A stretch of DNA of 64,000 bases from Lingula anatina (Eukaryota; Animalia; Brachiopoda), in contig CM120640.1 of assembly GCA_051362555.1 (NCBI GenBank), forward strand, positions 24,848,225-24,912,224. The letters run 5' to 3'. The notes beneath the pieces are model-generated. The model was not told where the DNA came from. It ran no database searches and saw nothing but the letters and a program-made list of their open reading frames with translations. This document shows positions 1 to 9,967 of this stretch, piece after piece. The translations under genes were made by a program, and so were the position numbers. Positions within the stretch are counted from its first letter, which is position 1. The number at the start of each line of letters is the position of its first letter.

Positions 1-130
1 AGAATAATCAAAATATAAAATATAAAAGAAAATGTATATGTTGATAAGATATTATTACCAACTTTGCGCATCACTATCAAAGGCCATCCCCTTTGAACAA
101 GTTGACCATTGGTGACAACAAGAACGCCAT

Positions 131-190
131 CATGTGACTATACGTCAACAAAGGTATAAAAGCGCAAAATTTTAAAAGTGCGTTCACTCA
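131..190 (+). promoter_or_regulatory. Putative Pol II core promoter (TATA box plus initiator)
   Basis: TATAAAA at 155-161 lies ~31 nt upstream of an Inr-like TCACT (A at 186). An E-box-like CATGTGAC (131-138) and a CRE half-site ACGTCA (142-147) sit just upstream. Confidence 0.55.
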
Positions 191-546
191 ACAGCGGACA
201 GATCTAGAGCAACAGGAAGGATGTCATGTGCTGCGCCCTGTATCAAGCACAAAGGACATGGGAGTCGACTCCCATTTCTCCGAATCTTCTACTCATCCTA
301 CGTCAACGCATCGCTCTTCGACATATTGTTCCTTGCACACGCAGACGTCTAGACGGTGGATTCGGCGTTTCTCTTAGCTGGCCAGCTAAAATCTTCGCTT
401 CTCCCCACGAGGAATCGTCGCTCGGTCATCTTCGCAGGATACTTCACCTTTTTGCTGTCGTGGGCTGGAGTCGTAGTGTCATTGCATATTCCCATGCTTT
501 CCAGGTTTCTTTTTATTACAGGTCCAGGAAGCAGACTGCAAACTGG

Positions 547-2373
547 TGGGCGCCACCTGTGGGACTCCGACTACACTCCTTAAGGTATGTAATCTTTTTT
601 CTTTTTGGAAGGGGGGTTTGAGAAATGAAAGAAATCTAATCTCGTTTTTATTTCTGTTTACAGGACATAGAAGATGATGGGCGCCACCTGTGGGACTTCG
701 ACTACACTCCTTAAGGTATGTAATCTTTTTTTCTTTTTGGAAGGGGAGTTTGAGAAATGAAAGAAATCTAATCTCGTTTTTATTTCTGTTTACAGGACAT
801 AGAAGATGATGGGCGCCACCTGTGGGACTTCGACTACACTCCTTAAGGTATGTAATCTTTTTTCTTTTTGGAAGGGGAGTTTGAGAAATGAAAGAAATCT
901 AATCTCGTTTTTATTTCTGTTTACAGGACATAGAAGATGATATGCGCCACCTGTGGGACTTCGACTACACTCCTTAAGGTATGTAATCTTTTTTCTTTTT
1001 GGAAGGGGGGTTTGAGAAATGAAAGAAATCTAATCTCGTTTTTATTTCTGTTTACAGGACATAGAAGAAGATGGGCGCCACCTGTGGGACTTCGACTACA
1101 CTCCTTAAGGTATGTAATCTTTTTTCTTTTTGGAAGGGGAGTTTGAGAAATGAAAGAAATCTAATCTCGTTTTTATTTTTGTTTACAGGACATAGAAGAT
1201 GATGGGCGCCACCTGTGGGACTTCGACTACACTCCTTAAGGTATGTAATCTTTTTTCTTTTTGGAAGGGGGGTTTGAGAAATGAAAGAAATCTAATCTCG
1301 TTTTTATTTCTGTTTACAGGACATAGAAGAAGATGGGCGCCACCTGTGGGACTTCGACTACACTCCTTAAGGTATGTAATCTTTTTTCTTTTTGGAAGGG
1401 GGGTTTGAGAAATGAAAGAAATCTAATCTCGTTTTTATTTCTGTTTACAGGACATAGAAGATGATGGGCGCCACCTGTGGGACTTCGACTACACTCCTTA
1501 AGGTATGTAATCTTTTTTTCTTTTTGGAAGGGGAGTTTGAGAAATGAAAGAAATCTAATCTCGTTTTTATTTCTGTTTACAGGACATAGAAGATGATGGG
1601 CGCCACCTGTGGGACTTCGACTACACTCCTTAAGGTATGTAATCTTTTTTCTTTTTGGAAGGGGAGTTTGAGAAATGAAAGAAATCTAATCTCGTTTTTA
1701 TTTTTGTTTACAGGACATAGAAGATGATGGGCGCCACCTGTGGGACTTCGACTACACTCCTTAAGGTATGTAATCTTTTTTTCTTTTTGGAAGGGAAGTT
1801 TGAGAAATGAAAGAAATCTAATCTCGTTTTTATTTCTGTTTACAGGACATAGAAGATGATGGGCGCCACCTGTGGGACTTCGACTACACTCCTTAAGGTA
1901 TGTAATCTTTTTTTCTTTTTGGAAGGGGAGTTTGAGAAATGAAAGAAATCTAATCTCGTTTTTATTTCTGTTTACAGGACATAGAAGATGATATGCGCCA
2001 CCTGTGGGACTTCGACTACACTCCTTAAGGTATGTAATCTTTTTTCTTTTTGGAAGGGGGGTTTGAGAAATGAAAGAAATCTAATCTCGTTTTTATTTCT
2101 GTTTACAGGACATAGAAGAAGATGGGCGCCACCTGTGGGACTTCGACTACACTCCTTAAGGTATGTAATCTTTTTTCTTTTTGGAAGGGGAGTTTGAGAA
2201 ATGAAAGAAATCTAATCTCGTTTTTATTTCTGTTTACAGGACATAGAAGATGATGAGCGCCACCTGTGGGACTTCGACTACACTCCTTAAGGTATGTAAT
2301 CTTTTTTCTTTTTGGAAGGGGGGTTTGAGAAATGAAAGAAATCTAATCTCGTTTTTATTTCTGTTTACAGGAC
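547..2373 (+). repeat. 131-132 bp tandem array, ~14 units; each unit is a 79-80 nt intron plus a 52-nt exon
   Basis: Near-identical units. Each has AAG|GTATGT, a CTAAT branch motif, a pyrimidine tract and TTTACAG|G. Exon starts are 664, 796, 927, 1058, 1189, 1320, 1451, 1583, 1714, 1846, 1978, 2109 and 2240. Confidence 0.97.
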
Positions 2374-2431
2374 ACAACTGCAAGGAGACACCCCACATCT
2401 ACACTTAAGCTACTTCGACCATCCCTTGGAG

Positions 2432-3013
2432 CCAGCGAGTCCTACCATGGTCTGTCTACAAGGTGGCGGCACTGGGGAAGCGTCCAGCGAGTCCTGCCAT
2501 GGTCTATCTGCGAGGTGGCTGCACTTGGGAAGCGTCCAGCGAGTCCTGCCATGGTCCGTGTACGAGGTGGCTGCACTTGGGAAGCGTCCAGCGAGTCCTG
2601 CCATGGTCCGTCTACGAGGTGGCTGCACTGGGGAAGCGTCCAGCGAGTCCTGCCATGGTCCGTCTACGAGGTGGCTGCACTGGGGAAGCGTCCAGCGAGT
2701 CCTGTCATGGCCTGTCTACGATGTGGCTGCATTAAGGAAGCGTCCGGCGAGTCGTGCCATGGTCTATCTGCGAGGTGGCTGCACTGGGGAAGCGTCCAGC
2801 GAGTCCTGCCATGGTCTATCTGCGAGGTGGCTGCACTGGGGAAGCGTCCAGAGAGTCCTGCCATGGTCTCTACGAGGTGGCTGCACTGGGGAAGCGTCCA
2901 GCAAGTCCTGCCATGGTCCGTCTACGAGGTGGCTGCACTGGGGAAGCGTCCAGCGAGTCCTGCCATGGTCTGTCTACGAGGTGGCTGCACTAGGAAGCGT
3001 CCAGCGAGTCCTG
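2432..3013 (+). repeat. 52-bp GC-rich minisatellite, ~11 units
   Basis: Consensus CCAGCGAGTCCTGCCATGGTCCGTCTACGAGGTGGCTGCACTGGGGAAGCGT, with unit starts at 2432, 2484, 2536, 2588 and onward to 3001. Confidence 0.97.
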
Positions 3014-4479
3014 TCCAACGTTTCATGGCAACTGCAAGGAGAAGAGGGCCACGTGCACACTTCCGATACATCCCTCAATCCTTGGTGCCAGTGAGTCCTG
3101 CCACGGTCTGTTGAGGAGGCTGCATTGGAGAAGCGTCTGAAGCATATGGTGTTTCACTGAGGCGGAAAAACCTGCAAGGTAACCCGTGTTACTGGCGAGA
3201 ACAATACACTAAAATTAATTTTTCAGCAGCAGTCTGTGCCATAAACTTTTCACCCTACTGGCCATTCAGTCCACCTTCTTTCCTAAAAACTAGATATAGA
3301 TGTCTGAATCTTGATTCACTGGTTCGAATACAAAGTTCAATAGGACTAGACTGGATTGCATTAATATTTGTATTAACAAGACCTTGACATTTTTCTCGAA
3401 TCGTGATGTAACAGTTACATTTAAAATAAATCAAAAGCTCTTTTTCAAACTTATAGAAAAAATCTAACAGCCATGTCACCAAATTGACACATTCTGGAAA
3501 TCCACCAATTCCAACAATTTTTCTGGCTGCAGACTGCTTTTGATATACAATTTTTGAAAACTAATCAAATTTTCCTTTCTATTTACAGAACTCAATTAGG
3601 GCAATTCCTGATAAAGTCCCGCTTTTTTGAAAGAGGTGCAAGAAGAGGGTCACATTCAATCCTTGGTGCATGGTTGAGTCCTGCCATGGTCTGTATGTTA
3701 GGGGGCTGCATGGGGGAGCATCAGAAGCATATGGCGTTTCACAGAGATGGAAACCTATCAAGCCTTAAAAGGTACATATCACTCATGTTTTTTGGGGAAA
3801 ACAAAACACTTAAGTGATTTTTCATACCTTGAAAAACTAAAAACCGTTAGCCACATTAATTTGACAGCTCACATTCAGAAGGCAATGTCTTTTACCCATG
3901 ACCCACTCCTAGGATTAAGATATTTATGGTTAGTAGATTGGATTTGGGTGGGAGAAGTAAAGAGGGAAACTTTTGACTTATAATTTTTTTTATTTTGTAG
4001 TTGAGGCAGATAGCATTGGCGAGCGCCTGTCCTGATGACGGTCCATTTTAACAAGGTTAACAAGGCTAAAATGGAGAAAGCCATATATCATATAGTGTTT
4101 CAAGAGCCCTTCAATAGTTGTGATTAGAGAGCATTCAAGGTAAGTTATGGGACAGGATAAGGGTAAATGAACTAGATTGTCATTCATTGTATAGATAATA
4201 CAAACCTTTTATCAGTGCAACTCCAACAAACTGAGCATTTTGTGCAAGGTCTTAGACAATTGTTTTAAGAATGTGTGGCACCTGTCACTCGGTGCAGGCA
4301 TTTGTTTTCTATTTACAATTTACTCTAGCAAATTCAGTGCTCATTTTTCACAGGTAAAAAGCTCTTTTAATTTGTCACAGATGTGGAAAAACCTTATCAT
4401 TCATACAAAATATTTTGACATGCCATTCGTCAACTTTCAGATCCTCAACAGTCTCAATATTCTGCAGGACGTTGTCAAT

Positions 4480-4835
4480 GGTCCAGATTACTTGGAGCTA
4501 CCGCCCCCACCACCCACCACCACCAATGTGACTCCGAGGCGTGGTCACTGGTCCAGATTACTTGGAGCTACCGCCCCCACCACCCACCGCCACCAATGTG
4601 ACTCCGGGGCGTGGTCACTGGTCCAGATTACTTGGAGCTACCGCCCCCACCACCCACCACCAACAATGTGACTCTGAGGCGTGGTCAGTGGTCCAGATTA
4701 CTTGGAGCTACCGCCCCCACCACCCACCACCACCAATGTGACTCCAGGGCGTGGTTACTGGTCCAGATTACTTGGAGCTACCGCCCCCAACACCCACCAC
4801 CAATGTGACTCCGGGACGTTGTCACTGGTCCAGAA
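4480..4835 (+). repeat. 70-bp C-rich minisatellite, ~5 units
   Basis: GGTCCAGATTACTTGGAGCTACCGCCCCCACCACCCACC...GTGACTCCGGGGCGTGGTCACT recurs at 4480, 4550, 4620, 4690 and 4760, with a partial copy at 4827. Confidence 0.97.
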
Positions 4836-4924
4836 ATTGTATGCTAGCAGCTACCACCCCCACCTCCAGTGCTGTGGTTGTGGTAATAAAAGGCCACCGT
4901 AGAAGTGAGTATTTATTTCCATCT

Positions 4925-5290
4925 CTCTATATTGTTCAGATTGTTAGGCATTTTCCTGGTTTATATGCCTCCCTTTACGCCTCTTGTTCTCCAGTCACTT
5001 TCTTTTTGTAGAATCTTGGCACTCTCCCAATCAATGTTTTTTTATGATGGCTCGTTGTAGCAGAAGGCTACCTTGGGCTGTAGTGCATTTTTCCCTCTTC
5101 GGGTACCCTTTCTTATTCCTTCCCGTGTTCTTTAACTCTAACGTTCAACTTTCTCTTTGTCTCTCCCATATAAATCCTTCACAAATTAAACACTTGATGG
5201 AATACTAGTACACTCCTCCCGCTGGATCTAGATTGTTCAGGCTTTACTTAAACTCGTCTTTGAGTAGAGTCGTTTGAATGCTGTTAGTGT
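4925..5290 (-). mobile_element. Degenerate Penelope-like retroelement fragment (GIY-YIG endonuclease)
   Basis: Minus-strand translation, with stops and frameshifts, reads SGRVY*YSIKCLICE / YMGETKRKLNVRVKEH / NIDWESAKILQKESDWRTRGVK...NLN. This follows the Penelope GIY-YIG pattern (VY-x-I-x-C-xx-C, YIGET, R-xx-EH, IDW). Confidence 0.8.
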
Positions 5291-7568
5291 TCCTTTTCCT
5301 TCGTTAAAACTAATTTGTGCAATACCCCATTGTGACATTAAGTCTGAAGGTCGCCAGTGGCATGTCAAAATATTTCGCTTGAATGTTTTTTCCAAGTTTG
5401 TGACAAAAGTGCTTTTGATATTTATTTCCCATCAAACTGCTGAAACTTTAAAAACACATTTCATATACAAATGGTTGACTTTTATTACATTTTGAAGTAA
5501 TAATTTAAATTTGCAGGCTACCAAAAGTGGTGGATTCTAAAAATGAAGATTGCAACTACCAAACCTCCAGATGAAACACTTCTTCAGGATTGAGGGATCT
5601 TTATACAGATAACTTTGTAAGTTATTGGGGATCAACAACTTAAGAAAAGTGGTTCTGAATTTTTAAAGTATTATTATTGGTGTATTATGGCGTTTCTTAT
5701 TATTGACAGTGATCAAAAACTATATCCTATGTAAACAAACAGTAGAATTAAAAGTAGCACAGACAGTCAACAATTTAACATGTAGGCTAACATTACAATA
5801 TTCAATATAGCAACATCTTTTCTTACTTTTTTGTCAAATGTTTGAAATTTATTTTTTGAAGACTGCTGTCTACTTACTCTAAAAAGTTAATATATATATT
5901 TCAATAAAGGAAGCATATTTCACTGTACATTTGGAAATAACGCTCTGATCATTTAAGAACCAAGCTTTTCATTAATGTTAACGGTGTGTAAATACCAGTG
6001 ATATACTTTCTTTGTTGCAGTTACTGCAAGCTTTCGATATAGCTTTTCATACTTTTGAGTAAAAGTTGGATTTCATTTGTAGGCTACGAATTGGGAGTTT
6101 TCCAATAATTACGCCTGCGTGATGTCAGATACCGTCGACCCAAGACCAAATGTCCAAGATGTTAAACACTGTACAGCGTTAGCAAGGAGCCCTGTAGACA
6201 CTTTCATGGATGCTCGGACATCCCACGAGTTTTGGTGTTGAAGGACACGGCTTGTTCTGCAAACAAATATAGAGAATGTGGAATGGTAATGAAGGCAATA
6301 TACAGTACTGAATGTAGTGGGAATACGGTCTAATAATGTATCAGTCTTTTGGATGCTGAGAACATTTGGGGTTCATGGGTCACAAACATGTCGAGGTGAA
6401 ATTGCATCAAATTTCATTTGTATTTTATGCCTTATGCAGTGAACCATTTTATTTCAATAACAGAAGAGAAAACTGAGGTTCAAGATAATTCTTCATTCCA
6501 TAAGAGATCAATTGAATAAGATGTGTGCTTCTGTAGGAAAAGTCTACCTCTACAGTTGCTATAATTATTATATTAATAAATTTGAATATAGAGTTGCTTT
6601 ATCCACATTCTGAATGCAGATAGTTTTTTGCTCACAAAAACATTCCCACCACTTGTGGTCGTCTGTTTTGTTTCAATCTGAGATGGTCATTTTTCAAATT
6701 TGTGCTTTTGATGATGTGGAGTTGTTTGTCAGTATGGCATTTGAAAAGGTCTTAACCTGCACACTAACCTTACTAACAAACCCTCACATCTTTGTAAAAT
6801 CTGACTTCATGTAAACGCTTTTACATGAAGAGATTTTACATTGATAGATTGTGCAAAATCTGTAATGAAATATTTTACGTGTGAGAAAATATTTCATTAT
6901 ATTTTTTGTACAGTCTGCTCTTCTTGAGAGATGCTGTCATCTCTCAAGATAGAGATCACATTACTAATATTCAGATTTTCTCAAGTGTTATAGTTGACAA
7001 ATACATCCACTTCATCACATATGCACCTTTTCTCCGGATCAAAAAAATTCAGATTGAAATTTACATGGGCGGTCATACAGTGTAATGTGAGATCCGAAAT
7101 ATTTTGAAGCAAGCTTGCTTTATTCTGTACTTGTATCATGCAGGTAGTTTCGATTTCAGTGCAAAGTTACATTTTAGAAACCTGGTATTTTAAGTCGAAT
7201 TATATATCAATGTTTAGTTGAAATCATTGATATTCCCGAGTTATAATCATATTACTTGAATCTGTTTGCATTTTATCATAAAGAGAACTATAATCAAGTT
7301 TTGAAAGATGCTTGCAGTTGTAAAATGATTAACTTTATTTATGGTTTTAATTCTCCAAGATAAAGTCAAAATGATTTTGTTTAATTGTTATGTCTCTTGT
7401 TAGTTTTTTATTGGCTTCAGTGCCTTTTTCTGTAAGAATTACTTTAATAAGTTTTTATGCTTCACCTCGTGTATAGTATATATAGAGAATAGTAAGTCAA
7501 GACAAAGGTTATTCCGTCACACAATGCTGTCTAAAACGGGACGATTCTTGAACTGTATGCAGCGCCGT

Positions 7569-7668
7569 GCCAATAGAAACCGATTTCGTTATGTTATAAG
7601 GACCGAATTATCCGGGCGTGGGCACTTTCCCGGCATTCCCCACGAAGGGTTTAGACGGGTTTTTCCCC
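7569..7668. promoter_or_regulatory. CpG-rich promoter/enhancer-like motif cluster
   Basis: CCAAT (~7570), a GC box GGGCGTGGG (7614-7622) and three kappaB-like sites (GGGCACTTTCC, GGCATTCCCC, GGGTTTTTCCCC) lie within ~100 bp. The target transcript is unknown. Confidence 0.4.
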
Positions 7669-8170
7669 ACGGCCCGAGAGCATCTGATACCAGTTTCCGA
7701 CCACAAGACCTGCATTATCGGACTGTGTGCGTTCCGACGCTAGATGAAGACGATGGAAAATCTTAGAACTTTTGATAATACTGCTATGTATTAATTCATT
7801 GCGTTTACGTAGTTCATTACTGATTATTAGTCCTTTTTAAATCAACTGTAAATATTCAAAATTATACATAATAGTTGAATAAAAAATATTCTATAATTTT
7901 CTTTTTTCCTTTTTTTTTCTTGTAAAAAAAGTGGTCGTGTACAGATCGCTAAAAAAAGCGAGACTTGCAAATAAATTTAAATGGACTCGCATGTATGCTC
8001 GTTTAATCATTAGTAGAAATTATCCTCTTTCGCCTCTTACTTAAACTTTTACAATCTCGTCACTATTTCTGTCACTCCAATTTCTTCCATAAAACTAGCC
8101 GATGTCCAGGTAATGAGTTGAATTTTGGTTTTTGGATACAAAGCTGTGGTGCTGCGTTACTTTGCTCTCC

Positions 8171-8325
8171 CGGGCCCCGTAACTCGAAAACAGCGCGCAT
8201 TGCGACCGAGCGCAAGCGTCTCGATACCATTACGAGTACTTGCCCATGCTCGCCCCATGTAATACACTGTAGCCTCTGTGATATCGCCGTTCGCAATACG
8301 CGATGCTTTTAAGTTACGGAGCCCC
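8171..8325. mobile_element. MITE-like element with ~35-bp imperfect TIRs (PIF/Harbinger-like ends)
   Basis: 8171-8205 matches the reverse complement of 8291-8325 at 28/35 positions. The termini are GGGCCCCGT-type. The superfamily assignment is inference. Confidence 0.65.
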
Positions 8326-8489
8326 AGGAATAACTCGAGCCGTTACCTAGACTTTCCTGAGTCAAATTAGAGAAGTAACTATCTTACTTAAATAAATCCC
8401 ACTGTAGATTTAAGAACCCAACACCTCTTAATGTTAACGAAGGGGCACATTGTGTATAAATGTATATGTTCTTGACTATAACACAAGTA

Positions 8490-9090
8490 AAACGAGAAAA
8501 AAACTAGTTTTTTCCCATTCCTGTGTCATTGTTATCCTTATCTACTGGCACTATTTTTTTTTTTTTTTTTGCTGTGGGAATTGAGGCCCAATTTTTTATA
8601 TAAATGCATATAGCAAGCAAAACTAGACAAAACCAAGATTTTTTCCATCCTTGTGCCATTATTGTCCTTATCTACTGGCACTATTTTATATTTGCTGAGG
8701 GAATTAAGGCCCAATTTTTTTATTCTTAAGAACACCTCACAACCATCCCTGTAGCATTATACTTGCCGATTGCATTTATTTTGAGAATCAGATTTTATAT
8801 AAATGTATAATGCAAGCAAAACTAGACAAAACCAAGAATTTTCCCATTTCTGTGCCATCACCGGTGACATGTACCAGAAAGTCCCCCATGACCGAGAGTC
8901 CGCTTCCCATTCATTTGTACAAGTGAGCCTCGCCCTAGATTTTGACCTACTTAGGTCAAACTAACCCTAACTATATGGAGGACGGACTTTCTGTCACACG
9001 GACCCTCAGTTTCATGGCACCGGCCTTATCTACTGGTACTCCTTCATATTTGCTGTGGGAATTGCGGCCCAAAATTTTTATTTTTAAGAC
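8490..9090. repeat. Diverged tandem triplication
   Basis: AAAACTAG...CCTTATCTACTGG...TTTGCTG(T/A)GGGAATT..GGCCCAA occurs three times. The third copy is interrupted by an insertion. Confidence 0.8.
8861..9023. mobile_element. Small insertion with inverted ends, flanked by CCGG
   Basis: Absent from the two sister repeat units. The ends are CCGGTGACATG and CATGGCACCGG (10/11 inverted match), with an internal perfect inverted pair CAGAAAGTCC / GGACTTTCTG. Confidence 0.65.
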
Positions 9091-9967
9091 CCCCCCCCCC
9101 CCCATTCCCGTAGCAAATGATAAAATTTAGTTATTACAAATATGCATACATTTATCATAAATATGTGTGGTAATATTTTAATAATGCATGTTTAGCGAAG
9201 ATTAGAGGCAAATGACGAATATTAAATATGTTACAAATATACTAACAATTATTACTGATTTGTGCTAGTGAAATTGTGATGCTGCAAAATAAAATTTGCA
9301 GCTTTGCTGAGCAGGTGCAACACTTGATAATACTTCCTTTCCGTTTAAGATTTAAGCAAGCCTGTATTTAATATGTATCGTGGTTTTGGAACACTGCCAT
9401 TATATTATAACTGAAGATGTTCTCAGGAGTTGCCATACCATTAACACAATTCAATTCTCTTATAGATTGTGTCATGGTTGACTTAAATGTTTTAAGGTTG
9501 AAAGTAATAATTAATACAGATTCGGTAAATGGTGATTGTAATATTGTTTGTGAGTTCCTGTTTTCATAGTTACTAGTAATTCACACTTAAATTGTAGAAG
9601 GAAGATTGCCACGGGACCCATATCTTAGTCTGGTGTTTTTTTTATCATTTTCTTTTAACTTTTGTTAAAATAATAACAACTTGTATAACATCACAATAAC
9701 ACACTGGCATCTTTGAAAATATGCATTGGGTGTATATCTAAGGATTATTCATGACTTAAACTATTTATATTTTACGAGAATTAATTGATGATTTAAACAC
9801 TTATCATAAGCAGCTGAGATAAAATAGATGGAAAATGCAAAAGCTGATGAATGATAAGTATTAAAATGAAAAAATATTTTTTGGATCCCTTTTCACTGAT
9901 TTAAACTTATTCAACCATTTTGAAGACTTGCAGTTCCTATTCTATTTTATTTCTATTCTGATTGTGC

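Larger units (their letters stand above)
186..6600 (+). ncRNA. Putative repeat-rich multi-exon lncRNA (or smORF transcript)
   Basis: A chain of plus-strand GT-AG exons follows the TATA box: 522-584, thirteen 52-nt exons (664-2291), 2371-3178, 3589-3771, 4001-4139, 4441-4904, 5517-5616, and a last exon from 6021 or 6083. AATAAA is at 6575-6580. The common 52-nt exon variant has stops in all three frames, so there is no long spliced ORF through the array. The first donor is unresolved and there is no expression evidence. Confidence 0.5.

Noticed and set aside
937-2197. Repeated 69-aa ORFs in the ORF track
   Set aside because: They read through predicted introns of the 131-bp repeat and are by-products of the repeat.
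547-3013. CRISPR-like appearance of the regular arrays
   Set aside because: The units are near-identical throughout with no unique spacers, there are no cas genes, and the context is eukaryotic.
2426-3114. Overlapping ~200-aa ORFs in several frames
   Set aside because: A stop-free 52-bp unit yields the same cyclic peptide in every frame. There is no domain similarity, and indels switch frames. Coding is not strictly excluded.
4240-5011. Proline-rich ORFs (PDYLELPPPPPT)
   Set aside because: They derive from the 70-bp repeat, which shifts frame every unit and contains a stop in one frame.
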